Shown piece by piece: positions 50,943 to 61,181 of a DNA stretch of 64,000 nucleotides; position 1 is the stretch's first letter; every line of letters begins with the position of its first letter. The position numbers and the translations under genes are program-made. The stretch comes from Promethearchaeota archaeon (GTDB lineage: Archaea > Asgardarchaeota > Lokiarchaeia > Sigyniarchaeales > SOKP01): assembly GCA_019057795.1 (NCBI GenBank), contig JAHLWS010000070.1, positions 64,001 to 128,000 on the forward strand. The letters run 5' to 3'. The notes beneath the pieces were generated by a model. The model saw only the letters and a program-made list of their open reading frames with translations, was not told the origin of the DNA and made no database searches.

Positions 50943-51716
50943 TTACCAAGGAACATCTTTTAATTTTGTTAGATAAGCAATTGTGTTAGCAATTAGGCTA
51001 ACAGAAGGAGTTAATATAAGAAGGAATATAATAATATTGATGTCCGGGATAATATAAAAACCCGGAAAAAATAAAGCAGGTATTGAGGCAAAAATAATAG
51101 CCCCTACAGCAAAATCTAATTGATCTACAACCCAAAAAGGTGCGCCACTTTTTATATTAAATCTTCTCTTAAGAAAGGATCCTGCTAAGTCTCCAAATGC
51201 AGCACCGTACGAGCAAAAAATTATTCTAAAGCCCAGCATCAATATCCCTATTGGAAAAGGTCCACCTATAAAATAATATTGGTAATAGAAAATGTCAGAG
51301 TACAATTTATAAACCCCTAATGTTGCTCCCGTTATTGGGATCTGTTGTATAGCGGGCCATAGTACTATAAATAGTAAGAACAATGCGCAACTTAATGGAA
51401 TACCAATGAATAACGGTCCTTTAACAAGTCCAGAAACTGTTTTATGATCTCCTAGGATTCGTCGTCCATCACGCCAATTTTTTCCACGATCTAAAGGTTT
51501 TCCGCCGCCAACGATGACCATTCCAGCATTCGAGAAATACGCGGGAACGATAAAAAGCATACTAAATATAAGGGTCGCCACCCAATCGGACCAAGCAAAT
51601 AATACGGAAATAATTAAAAAGTTTAAAAAGAGTAAGCTCATAAAAATTACAGTTAAAATTATTGCAAATTTTATATTTCTTTTCTTGTTATCTCTCTTAT
51701 CATTATGTGTCGACAT
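50943..51716 (-). CDS. carS: CDP-archaeol synthase
   Basis: PAYFSN, PLDRGK...DGRRILGDHKT, GDLAGSFLKRR, DQLDF. Confidence 0.93.
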   Translation of the reverse strand: MSTHNDKRDNKKRNIKFAIILTVIFMSLLFLNFLIISVLFAWSDWVATLIFSMLFIVPAYFSNAGMVIVGGGKPLDRGKNWRDGRRILGDHKTVSGLVKGPLFIGIPLSCALFLLFIVLWPAIQQIPITGATLGVYKLYSDIFYYQYYFIGGPFPIGILMLGFRIIFCSYGAAFGDLAGSFLKRRFNIKSGAPFWVVDQLDFAVGAIIFASIPALFFPGFYIIPDINIIIFLLILTPSVSLIANTIAYLTKLKDVPW

Positions 51717-51990
51717 TATTATTCCTACAAATAAAAAATTAGATTGAATAATTTTTAATTAAAATTAAATTTTGGTAAATATAATTGAATATACTAAACC
51801 CTTAATAATATTGCTCCTTAAATAATTATCTTTTAATATTCCGACAATAATATTATAAATTATTGCTTAGATTGTTGCAAATCGAATAAAAAGAGAAAAG
51901 TGTATTAAAGCTTTAACATTTTATCAATAATTTTTCGATTAATAATTAAGTTTAAATAGTGTGGAATCGAAATATTTTATTATGCGATAT

Positions 51991-52003
51991 TTCGAGTGGA
52001 AAC
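51991..52003 (+). promoter_or_regulatory. mini-ORB-like Orc1/Cdc6 binding site
   Basis: TTCGAGTGGAAAC versus ORB core TTCCAGTGGAAAC, 20 nt upstream of cdc6. Confidence 0.5.
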
Positions 52004-52023
52004 TATATACATGGTGTGATTAA

Positions 52024-53346
52024 ATGTTGACGAATCAAAACGATAATAACATTTATTCTTTTAATATTGATAAATTTTATCGAAACTACTTAAAAGGTCC
52101 AAATCTTTTTAGGAAGCGAGAGGCTCTCGAACCTTCATTCATTCCTGATGAATTACCACATCGAAACTCTGAGATTGAAAAGATTGCGGGTATAACTGCG
52201 TGTGCTTTAAAAGGGGATGTTCCACCCAATTTCTTATGTTATGGGATGACTGGAACGGGTAAAACTGCCACTGTTCGTTATGTTTCACAAAAATTAGCTC
52301 AACATTGCGCCAACAATCCTCCATGGTGGATATATATCAATTGTACTGTAGTTTCAACGCCTTATAGAATTCTAGCTCATATCTATAACACAATTGTCGG
52401 AAGAGAAAAAATCCCAGCGACAGGTTTGCCTAAAGATGTTATTCTTAAAAAATTGCTTGGTTTATTGGATCAAAAAGTTAAAAATAGCGTATGTTTTTTT
52501 GTTTTAGATGAAATAGATATCTTAATAGAGAAAAAAGGAGGAAATGAAATTCTTTATACTTTAACTAGACTTAATGAGAGCTTAGATTTATGTAGAACAA
52601 GTGTTATTGGAATCTCAAATAAACTAAAGTTTATGGAATATTTAGATTCAAGAGTTACATCGAATTTAGATCAAGAAGAACCGATTGTTTTTCACCCTTA
52701 TAATGCAAACGAATTGGCAGATATTCTAAAACAAAGAGCAAAGATTGCATTTCATGAAGGTATTATCGAAGAAGGGGTAATAAAGTTGTGTGCAGGGCTC
52801 GCTGCAAGGGAGCATGGGGATGCAAGAAAAGCACTACAATTACTAAGAAAAGCGGGAGAGGTTGCAGAAAGAAATCAAAATAAAAAGATTTTAGAAAAAC
52901 ATGTAGAAAATGCCCAAAAAGATATTGATAAGGATCACATTGTTGAATATATAATATCAATGCCACTTCAAGCTCAATTAACGTTAACAGCTATTTATTT
53001 ATTATCTAAATATACCCGAGAACACATAATAACTTCGGGAGACATTTACGAAGTTCATTCAGAACTTACAAATAAAATTCCGGGCGTGAAACAATTAACT
53101 CATAGAAGAATAAGTGATTATATTAATGAGTTAGCATTATCAGGTTTAATTACTGCCAACACGAGGTCTATGGGACATTATGGGCGTACTAAAATAATAA
53201 ATCTCGATATAGAAAGTGAGTTAGTAGAACGAGTTTTATCTCAAATTAAGAAAATACAGGATTATAAATTGTTAAATTACAAACCTATTTTACTTCAAAC
53301 TGATAAAGTCAAAGTAAAGAATATTGTTTTTAAAAAGTTAATTTAA
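52024..53346 (+). CDS. cdc6: Orc1/Cdc6 replication initiator
   Basis: LPHR, GMTGTGKT, YINC, VLDEID, PYNANEL, GDARKAL, GHYGRT wing. Confidence 0.96.
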   Translation: MLTNQNDNNIYSFNIDKFYRNYLKGPNLFRKREALEPSFIPDELPHRNSEIEKIAGITACALKGDVPPNFLCYGMTGTGKTATVRYVSQKLAQHCANNPPWWIYINCTVVSTPYRILAHIYNTIVGREKIPATGLPKDVILKKLLGLLDQKVKNSVCFFVLDEIDILIEKKGGNEILYTLTRLNESLDLCRTSVIGISNKLKFMEYLDSRVTSNLDQEEPIVFHPYNANELADILKQRAKIAFHEGIIEEGVIKLCAGLAAREHGDARKALQLLRKAGEVAERNQNKKILEKHVENAQKDIDKDHIVEYIISMPLQAQLTLTAIYLLSKYTREHIITSGDIYEVHSELTNKIPGVKQLTHRRISDYINELALSGLITANTRSMGHYGRTKIINLDIESELVERVLSQIKKIQDYKLLNYKPILLQTDKVKVKNIVFKKLI

Positions 53347-54026
53347 CTTAAAAAATCCCAATTATTAATTTCATTAGTAATACTTTCAAGAAAAAATGAA
53401 GCCGATTTTTCATTTTTTTTCTTTAAAAGTAAAAATAACTTTGCTAAATGTTTACAGAATTTTTTGTTTTTAGCTCTATTAGTTTGGAAATCATGGCAAT
53501 TATGCTTAATGAATTTATCATTTATGGATATTTCAATATTATATGGAGCATCATTAGAGCCTTTAACTTCAGCTTTAATGATCTTACTCTTAGGATCGAA
53601 TTTAATTATATTAAATGCGCTATCTGATACGGTGACTGCTCTGTTTATAGTTCCTTTATCTAAAAACGCTTTTAATAGAGTATTAAACTTATTTAAATTA
53701 TTTTTATCAAAGTTATCTATTTCTTGTGTTTCCTTTTTGGAAGAACCGATTTTTTTTAAAATTTGAGCTTTTCTTTTTATGTGCCAATTCTTTAATTTTT
53801 GTTCTAAATTATGTGATAATTTAAACATATTGTTAGGGATTTCTATTAAAAGTTTGTTGTCAACAACCTTTTGTATGAATTGACTTGCGTCGTTAGGTGA
53901 AAAAAGGAATAATTCAAACGATAATTCGTATAGTAAGTCACTTAGAGATATCGATGGGAGCTCAATAATTTTCCAAATATATAAAACCATCTCAGAATTG
54001 TTATTTCTTGGGATTGCGAAGTTCAC
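53343..54026 (-). CDS. SWIM zinc-finger protein
   Basis: VKGS...PYNIEI...HNCHDF...FCKHL. Confidence 0.8.
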   Translation of the reverse strand: MNFAIPRNNNSEMVLYIWKIIELPSISLSDLLYELSFELFLFSPNDASQFIQKVVDNKLLIEIPNNMFKLSHNLEQKLKNWHIKRKAQILKKIGSSKKETQEIDNFDKNNLNKFNTLLKAFLDKGTINRAVTVSDSAFNIIKFDPKSKIIKAEVKGSNDAPYNIEISINDKFIKHNCHDFQTNRAKNKKFCKHLAKLFLLLKKKNEKSASFFLESITNEINNWDFLS

Positions 54027-54058
54027 TTAAAACTACCTATTTAATTTTTTTTTAATAA

Positions 54059-55846
54059 CTAATCAATTTTTTTAAAATCTAATGGAAAGAAGTTTAATGT
54101 GTCTAATTCAACAATGGGTACTATTCCGGGAGTAGGTGTTATTCCAAAACTTCTCATATAATCAGTTTGAGCTTGAAAGCATCCTGAATTAACCAAAGTC
54201 ACATTCCTATATTTTCCGGCCCCGTTAATATGTACATGACCTGTATGAAAAATATCAGGAATCTTATCTAATAAAAGCAGATCCTTATTAATAGGAGCCA
54301 ATTGGGTTTTTTCTCCAAAAGTTGGCGCGAGATGTCTACAAATAAGAAATTCTTTCATGGTTTCGATAGGGTTGTTGATATCTAAATCGTGGATTAACAT
54401 ATTCATGTCATGCATACTCTCCCCATGATATATAAGTGTATTAACATTATGAGTTTTTATTAAAGAGGGGTTGCCCAAGCATTTTATTCCCAAATTAATT
54501 AAATCTTCACAATATTTTTTTGGTACCGCAGGTAGAGGTAATGCATTTCTTACGGGTTCGTGATTTCCAGATACATAAAAAATTTTAATATAATCTGGAA
54601 TTTCTGAAAGTAAATCTGAAGCTTTTTTAAACTGTTTATAAATATCTGTTATAATCAAATCTTTTTGTTGGTTTGGATAAATTCCGATGCCATCAACTAA
54701 ATCACCGTTAATAACGAGGTATTTTATTTTTCCCGCAATATCTCTTAAATGTTTGTTATTACTTTTACCGTTTAAAAAATTTAGAAATTTTTTAAATAAC
54801 CCTTCTTCAAATTCTTTACTACCAATATGAGTATCCGAAATTAACGCGATAGATAAAGGATCTGGAGATGTGTTTGGTCGAAAATCAGTCGGAATATCGA
54901 TTTTTGAAATGGAATTGGCAAAAATTATCCCCTTTCTACCTTTTTCACCAGGATTAAAGGTTCCCTTGACAAACAACATCTGATCGTTGATAGTTCTTTC
55001 AATAATTTTGATGTAATCTATGTTATCAGAGTTATTTTGAATTAAAACACTAATTATACCGGTTAAATCCTCCAAAGTTAATAGATAATTTCCCTTTTTT
55101 GTTAAATGAATTTTATTTACTAAACCTATTATAGAGATTTCGGCGCTATTCGACAACCTAAAAATATTGTTAATATTAGTTGCTGAATTTACTTCTGGCC
55201 TTCTTCTAATGAGTTTTCGAAGTTGGTTAAATTTATCGAGCGTTAATTCGTAAAATTCATCGTACTTACCATTCGTGTGCATATTACCTGTTGGATCTTT
55301 TAAAATTTCGAAAATAAAATCATAATCCTTTGCTACTGGTTTAAAAATAAAAGTTGATTTGGTGGATTCGTGTGTTTTTGCTTTAATTTTCTTCTTTGTG
55401 GGTATTTTATCTAATTGAGTATATGTTTGAGTTGACTGAGTTTGACCCTCAGATTTCGAAGTTTTGATTAGAGTTTCAGAGGATATTGATGGAACTTCAT
55501 CGTTAAACAATTTAGTTACTGGTTTGCTTGATGACTTGAAAACATCTTTTGTGCCTATGGATTTCACATCCATAGAGAGCGAATTAGATCTGGAGATTAT
55601 TCGCTTTAATGCCCTTTGTATTTCTTCGTTTGATATTTCTTTTAAAACGGTTTCTGTTAAATGATTTTTAAAAGTTGGGATAAAACTAGTTTCTTTAATA
55701 ATAATATTTAAGTTTTTCATGGGATTCTCAAGATTTACTATCCAATCTAGCATTGTAGGAGTAATATTAATTCCTGAGTTTACCAATTTATCTAAGATAA
55801 CCCGTTTCTGCTCAGATATTTCGTTTTTCAAATCCTTTTCTTCCAA
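54059..55846 (-). CDS. polB: DNA polymerase D small (exonuclease) subunit DP1
   Basis: OB fold, SDTHIGS, GDLVDG, GNHE, YHG, RHLAP, HTGHVH, NSGCFQ. Confidence 0.95.
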   Translation of the reverse strand: MEEKDLKNEISEQKRVILDKLVNSGINITPTMLDWIVNLENPMKNLNIIIKETSFIPTFKNHLTETVLKEISNEEIQRALKRIISRSNSLSMDVKSIGTKDVFKSSSKPVTKLFNDEVPSISSETLIKTSKSEGQTQSTQTYTQLDKIPTKKKIKAKTHESTKSTFIFKPVAKDYDFIFEILKDPTGNMHTNGKYDEFYELTLDKFNQLRKLIRRRPEVNSATNINNIFRLSNSAEISIIGLVNKIHLTKKGNYLLTLEDLTGIISVLIQNNSDNIDYIKIIERTINDQMLFVKGTFNPGEKGRKGIIFANSISKIDIPTDFRPNTSPDPLSIALISDTHIGSKEFEEGLFKKFLNFLNGKSNNKHLRDIAGKIKYLVINGDLVDGIGIYPNQQKDLIITDIYKQFKKASDLLSEIPDYIKIFYVSGNHEPVRNALPLPAVPKKYCEDLINLGIKCLGNPSLIKTHNVNTLIYHGESMHDMNMLIHDLDINNPIETMKEFLICRHLAPTFGEKTQLAPINKDLLLLDKIPDIFHTGHVHINGAGKYRNVTLVNSGCFQAQTDYMRSFGITPTPGIVPIVELDTLNFFPLDFKKID

Positions 55847-56107
55847 AATAGAATTATTATAATTATGATGGGATTAAGTTAAAATGTTTGTTATTAAAGA
55901 AAAAACAAAATTTTTTTTAAATCTTGGGAGGGCTGTATTAATTCTCATAATATCATTATAAATTAGAAATCTCTTCAAATTAAAATAACATAATTCAATA
56001 ATCAGCCTATTAATAAAATAGTTTATTTTGAAAGTGAATATTTAGAATAATGTATCCCATTCTTCTGCATTGAGATTACTAAAGTAATTTTAAGGTGTAT
56101 TTATTTT

Positions 56108-59100
56108 ATGGTAGAAATGAGTAAGGAAATGGAAGCGTATTTTTCACAAATACAAAATGATGTAGATAAATGTTACAAGATTGCAGATAATGCTCGTCAA
56201 AAAGGATTGGACCCTGAACTTTTCGTAGAATCGCCTCAAGCTAAAGATTTAGCGGGAAGGGTTGAGAAGCTCGTAGGGCCAGAGGGTGTTGCTGAATTAA
56301 TAAGAGATCTAAAGAATCAAGGCAAAAATGACGATGAGATAGTGTTTCAAGTAGTTTCTGATATTCTTGACCAGAAAATAGGGGCGATCATATCATTAGA
56401 GGCTAGGGTTGAGAGAGCCATTCGAGTTGGGCTTGCTATAAAAACGATGGGCGTCGTTAGTGCTCCACTTGAAGGAATATCTAAAATTTTAATTCGAGAA
56501 GATCGGCAACATAACAAATATTTGTCGTTATACTTTTCTGGTCCTATTAGAGCAGCAGGAGGAACAACAGCTGCGTTATGTGTGTTAATCGCAGATTATG
56601 TAAGAAAAAAATCAAATATTCCAAAGTATGAAGCGACTGAGGGAGAAATTGGGAGATTTGTAGAAGAAGTCAAGCTTTATGATAGAAGAGTGCATTTACA
56701 ATATCCTTCCTCAAATGATGAAATACGATTTGCTGTAGAACATTTACCAGTGGAAATTAATGGGGATCCTACGGAAGATGAAGAGGTTTCTGCTTTTCGA
56801 AAATTACCTAGAATAGAAACGAATAATATACGGGGGGGTGCTTGTTTAGTTTTAAATGACGGGATACTTCTTAAGGCACCAAAACTCTTAAAAATAGCAA
56901 AAAATATGAACTTAGAAGGTTGGGATTGGTTAGCAAAATTAAAAAAGATTTCTCAAAGGGGTGAGAAAACAGAAAATTTAGATATAAAAAATAAAGATAA
57001 AAATTTCATAATTCCACCTAATTCAAAATATGTTTCTGAAATTATCGCTGGAAGAGCTGTATTTAGTCATCCTTCTAAAATTGGGGGCCACAGAATTCGA
57101 TATGGGAGATCTCGTAATACAGGATTAGCTGCTGCTGGTTTACATCCAGCAACAATGGTGGTATTAGATAATTTTATAGCAATTGGAACACAATTGAGAA
57201 TTGAGAGACCGGGAAAAAGCGCCAGTATATGTCCTGTTAGTTCTATAGAACCACCAATCGTAAAGCTTAAAAATGGAAACGTAATAAGGATTTCAAATGT
57301 AAAAATAGCAAAAGAAGCGTTTCCAAATATTGAAAAAATCTTGTTTTTAGGTGATATTCTCTTTAGTTTTGGTGAGTTTGCCGAAAATAATCATAGGTTG
57401 GTTCCATCGGGTTATGTAGAAGAATGGTGGGCGTTAGAGTTAGAGAAAGCAATAGATGTTGAAGGAAAAATTAATTCGGATATATTTAAGTTTGTAAAAA
57501 ACCCATTTAAAAAGATTCCCTCTGCCAAGGAAGCTTTAACTCTGGCAAAAAACTATAATATACCGTTGCATCCACTTTATACCGATTTTTGGGGAAATCT
57601 CTCAATAAGTGAGTTACAAGTTCTAAGGGAAGCTTTAATTAATGGATTTGATGAAGTCAATAAAACAATCGAATTAAAAAATAATAAAGGATTGAAACAG
57701 ACATTAGAAAAAGCATTTATTCTTCATACTATTAAAGAAAGTAGCATCATTCTAAATAAGACTACAATTGAAATTTTTAAAACAATTTTCAATTTAGAAG
57801 ATAAAAAAATCGTTGATATAGGTAAAGACAAAGATGTATTCTCCTATTTCTCTAAGGTCTCTCCTATAGTTATTAGAAATAAAGCACCCTCTTTCATGGG
57901 TACTCGTATGGGTCGACCTGAAAAATCTGAAAGAAAAAGCATGAAAGGTGTCCATACTTTATTTCCTCTCAGCGATAAAGTTGGAAACACGAGGTTGGTC
58001 GAGAAAGCAATTGAATTTGAAAAAGTTAAAATTGACCTTTGTAGAAAAAAATGCCCCAATTGCGGAACAGTCACTCCCTTTAATCTTTGTCCTAAATGTA
58101 GAACACATACAGAATTTCAGAAGATATGTCTCAACTGTAATAACAAATTATACCCCAAAAATGAAGAAAAATGTTCTCAATGCGGTAGCAAATTAAGATT
58201 TTCTGCAGAAGCTGGTTTTAATATAAAAAATTATGTCCAATCTGTATTAAGCCCATTGAAAATAGCATTACCAAATAAAATTAAGGGTATTTTTGGATTA
58301 ACCAATAAATTTAAAGTTCCAGAACCCCTTGAAAAAGGAATTCTTCGAGCTAAAAATGGTTTACTTGTATATAAAACTGCAGAAATTCGCTACGATGCTA
58401 CTGATATTCCATTAACACATTTTAAGCCAAAAGAAATAAAAACATCAATTAACCGATTAAAAGAATTAGGATATAAAAAAGACTATAAAGGTAAAGATTT
58501 AATTGATAAAAATCAGATTTTAGAACTTAAAGTTCAAGATGTTGTTATCTCTGAAGATTGCGCAGAATATTTCATAAAACTTGCTAAATTTTTAGATGAC
58601 GAATTGGAATTCTTATATGATATGAACCGTTTCTTTAATGTCCTAAGGAGAGAGGATCTTATTGGGCATTCAGTAGTAGGTCTCGCCCCTCATACTAGTG
58701 CGGGAATTGTTGGTAGGATCATTGGTTTTACCGTGGCACGATCTATTTACGCCCATCCCTTTTGGCATGCAGCAAAACGACGCAACTGCGATGGTGATGA
58801 AGATGGTATTATGCTACTTTTGGATCCTTTATTAAATTTTTCGAGATATTATTTACCAAATAAAATTGGAGGTAGAATGGATGCAACTTTAGTAATTTCT
58901 TCAATTTTGGACCCAAATGAAATAGATGGTGAGGCTCATAATATTGATACTCTTTTTAAATATCCTTTAGAGTTTTATATAGCAACCCAAAAATTTGCTA
59001 TACCATCAGAAATAGAAGAAAAAATGGATTTAGTTATAGATCGCTTAGGGACTTCAAACCAATATGAAAATATTGGTTTTAACATACCAACGAAAGATAT

Positions 59101-59545
59101 TAATGAGGGTCCCACGATAACATCATACAAAACTCATAAATCGATGGAAGAAAAAATTAATGCCCAATTACACCTCGCAAAGATCATTCAAGCGGTCGAT
59201 GATAAAAAAGTCGCTGAGAAGATTTTATCTTCACATTTCAATCCAGACATATTAGGAAATTTAAGAAAATTTGCTATGCAGAGTTTTAGATGTGTAAAAT
59301 GTAACGCAAAATTTAGACGGCCACCACTTTCAAATGCAGGTAAGTGTCCAAAATGTGGAAATAAAGTGATATTGACCGTTAATCGAGGAGGTATAGAAAA
59401 ATATATCCCTAGAGCTATAAAACTTTGTAATGATTTTAATTTGGATAATTATACAATTCAACGAATGGAATTAATAGAAGAATATGTTGAAAGCCTTACC
59501 AATAATCCTAAAATTAAGCAACAACAGCTATCTAATTTCTTCTGA
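56108..59545 (+). CDS. polC: DNA polymerase D large subunit DP2
   Basis: GPIRAAGGT, RYGRSRNTG, RMGRPEK, LAPHTSAG, RRNCDGDED, zinc fingers, C-terminal PIP QQLSNFF; no intein. Confidence 0.97.
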   Translation: MVEMSKEMEAYFSQIQNDVDKCYKIADNARQKGLDPELFVESPQAKDLAGRVEKLVGPEGVAELIRDLKNQGKNDDEIVFQVVSDILDQKIGAIISLEARVERAIRVGLAIKTMGVVSAPLEGISKILIREDRQHNKYLSLYFSGPIRAAGGTTAALCVLIADYVRKKSNIPKYEATEGEIGRFVEEVKLYDRRVHLQYPSSNDEIRFAVEHLPVEINGDPTEDEEVSAFRKLPRIETNNIRGGACLVLNDGILLKAPKLLKIAKNMNLEGWDWLAKLKKISQRGEKTENLDIKNKDKNFIIPPNSKYVSEIIAGRAVFSHPSKIGGHRIRYGRSRNTGLAAAGLHPATMVVLDNFIAIGTQLRIERPGKSASICPVSSIEPPIVKLKNGNVIRISNVKIAKEAFPNIEKILFLGDILFSFGEFAENNHRLVPSGYVEEWWALELEKAIDVEGKINSDIFKFVKNPFKKIPSAKEALTLAKNYNIPLHPLYTDFWGNLSISELQVLREALINGFDEVNKTIELKNNKGLKQTLEKAFILHTIKESSIILNKTTIEIFKTIFNLEDKKIVDIGKDKDVFSYFSKVSPIVIRNKAPSFMGTRMGRPEKSERKSMKGVHTLFPLSDKVGNTRLVEKAIEFEKVKIDLCRKKCPNCGTVTPFNLCPKCRTHTEFQKICLNCNNKLYPKNEEKCSQCGSKLRFSAEAGFNIKNYVQSVLSPLKIALPNKIKGIFGLTNKFKVPEPLEKGILRAKNGLLVYKTAEIRYDATDIPLTHFKPKEIKTSINRLKELGYKKDYKGKDLIDKNQILELKVQDVVISEDCAEYFIKLAKFLDDELEFLYDMNRFFNVLRREDLIGHSVVGLAPHTSAGIVGRIIGFTVARSIYAHPFWHAAKRRNCDGDEDGIMLLLDPLLNFSRYYLPNKIGGRMDATLVISSILDPNEIDGEAHNIDTLFKYPLEFYIATQKFAIPSEIEEKMDLVIDRLGTSNQYENIGFNIPTKDINEGPTITSYKTHKSMEEKINAQLHLAKIIQAVDDKKVAEKILSSHFNPDILGNLRKFAMQSFRCVKCNAKFRRPPLSNAGKCPKCGNKVILTVNRGGIEKYIPRAIKLCNDFNLDNYTIQRMELIEEYVESLTNNPKIKQQQLSNFF

Positions 59546-59596
59546 ATAGAAATTCATTAGCTTTTTTTCCAATAAGAAGATTCACTTAAAATGTAA

Positions 59597-59681
59597 TGCA
59601 GGAGGAGGGATTCGAACCCTCGAACTCCTATGAGACTAGAGCCTCGGTCTAGCACCGTTGACCAGGCTTGGCAACTCCTGC
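59597..59681 (-). tRNA. tRNA-Leu(GAG)
   Basis: GCAGGAG/CTCCTGC acceptor stem, CTAGA-CCGAGGC-TCTAG anticodon arm, long variable arm, GGTTCGAATCC. Confidence 0.93.
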
Positions 59682-59949
59682 GAAGTTTTTAAATAAAATC
59701 AGATAATTTTTTACTTTAAATTTCTAGAACTTAATAGCATTAAAGAGTAGAAATATTAAAAAATTTTATTATTTACTTTCCCTATTAATTTATTTGTAAA
59801 ACTAATAGGATTCTAATCATAATAAATTAAATTAATAATTAGATGAAGAGCTTTGTTTTTAATAAAATTTTTATTTAAAAGTTTTAACTATTTTTATATA
59901 ATTTGTTTATTTAAAATTTGATTTATAAAAAAGGAGAAATTGGGAAATA

Positions 59950-60966
59950 TTGTCAGTTGATACAAAAAAGTTAGCGGCATTGCTTCAATGGTATAAACAA
60001 AGCCTTGGTAATGAATTAATCGCAGTTTTAGTGGTAAATAGAGACGGGTTGGTTATGGATTCTTTAATAGGTTCTTCAGAAAAATCGCTAGATGAAGAAA
60101 TTATTAGTGGTGTAAGCGCTTTAGTAGAACCTGTATTAACTAGAATTACCGAAGAATTCAGTTCAGGATCCTTTGGAACGGGAACCTTTGATACTGAAGA
60201 TTATAGATTCATATTTTGTGAAGCTGGACCTGAAGCAATTCTTGTTACGGTTTTGGATGCTATAGCGGGTGTAGATCCTGTTTTTCCTTACGCTTATTTA
60301 GCATCTGAAAAGATTGCCCGAATTTTCGACGGAAGAACCGTAAGTCCCGTTATTCCAAAGTTAATTTCTGAACAAGATGGAAAGCATATCCAACGAAAAG
60401 TGGATAAACTTCAAAAAATTAATATAAAATCTGGAGAATACGCTTTTAAATTAATCCTTGGTGGGGATGGCGCAGTTGGTAAAACAAGCATGGTACACAG
60501 ATATGTTGAAGATAATTTTGCCACTGATTATAAATCTACGATAGGTACTTCAATTATGAAAAAGAAATGTTCATTTGAAGGGCTTGAAAGTGCTGTGAAG
60601 TTTGTAATATGGGATTTAGCAGGGCAAGCTCAATTTAAACGAGTTAGACAATCGTATTTAGTTAATGCAGAAGCAGGAATTTTAGTTTATGATGTAACAA
60701 ATCGAATATCTTTTGAAAATGTCAACAAGAATTGGTACGGTGAAATTAAAAAAGCGTCTCCTAACATTTCGCTTATTTTGGTTGGAAATAAAATAGATTT
60801 AGAAAATGATAGAGTGGTTTCTACTGAAGAGGGGGAAACTCTAGCACAAGAATTAAAGTTATCGTATATAGAAACATCTGCTAAATCAGGAGTAAATATA
60901 AATGATGCTTTTAAAATGCTTGCTTTACAAATAATAAAAAAGTTTATAGTAATGGAGGATGTGTAA
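59950..60966 (+). CDS. roadblock/LAMTOR domain + Rab-like small GTPase fusion
   Basis: VLVVNRDGLVM roadblock; GDGAVGKTS, YKSTIG, WDLAGQ, GNKID, ETSAK; no C-terminal Cys. Confidence 0.92.
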   Translation: MSVDTKKLAALLQWYKQSLGNELIAVLVVNRDGLVMDSLIGSSEKSLDEEIISGVSALVEPVLTRITEEFSSGSFGTGTFDTEDYRFIFCEAGPEAILVTVLDAIAGVDPVFPYAYLASEKIARIFDGRTVSPVIPKLISEQDGKHIQRKVDKLQKINIKSGEYAFKLILGGDGAVGKTSMVHRYVEDNFATDYKSTIGTSIMKKKCSFEGLESAVKFVIWDLAGQAQFKRVRQSYLVNAEAGILVYDVTNRISFENVNKNWYGEIKKASPNISLILVGNKIDLENDRVVSTEEGETLAQELKLSYIETSAKSGVNINDAFKMLALQIIKKFIVMEDV

Positions 60967-60970
60967 ATAG

Positions 60971-61071
60971 AGCCTCTGGGGGGAATTGAACCCCCGATCT
61001 ACAGATTACGAATCTTTAGCATGTAATTCTAAATGGCATTAAATGTTGCTCTACCGCTAAGCCACAGAGGC
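60971..61071 (-). tRNA. tRNA-Thr(CGT) with 29-nt intron (61016-61044) in the anticodon stem
   Basis: GCCTCTG/CAGAGGC acceptor; splicing gives ACAGA-TTCGTAA-TCTGT; AGCA/TGCT helix with ACA and AAA bulges. Confidence 0.9.
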
Positions 61072-61181
61072 GTAAGATTTAATTTATTTAAAATTACTAT
61101 ATTGAAATTTCCTTTTAAAAAAAATTTTTTCATTTTAATAAAATTCTTCTTAAGATGAATATTTTAAAATGTGTTTTAATT

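Noticed and set aside
663-58196. many 60-136 aa ORFs antisense to or nested in long genes
   Set aside because: They overlap well-supported genes and carry no motifs.
48323-59545. inteins in RtcB, Cdc6 or DP2
   Set aside because: Lengths are normal and there are no intein motifs.
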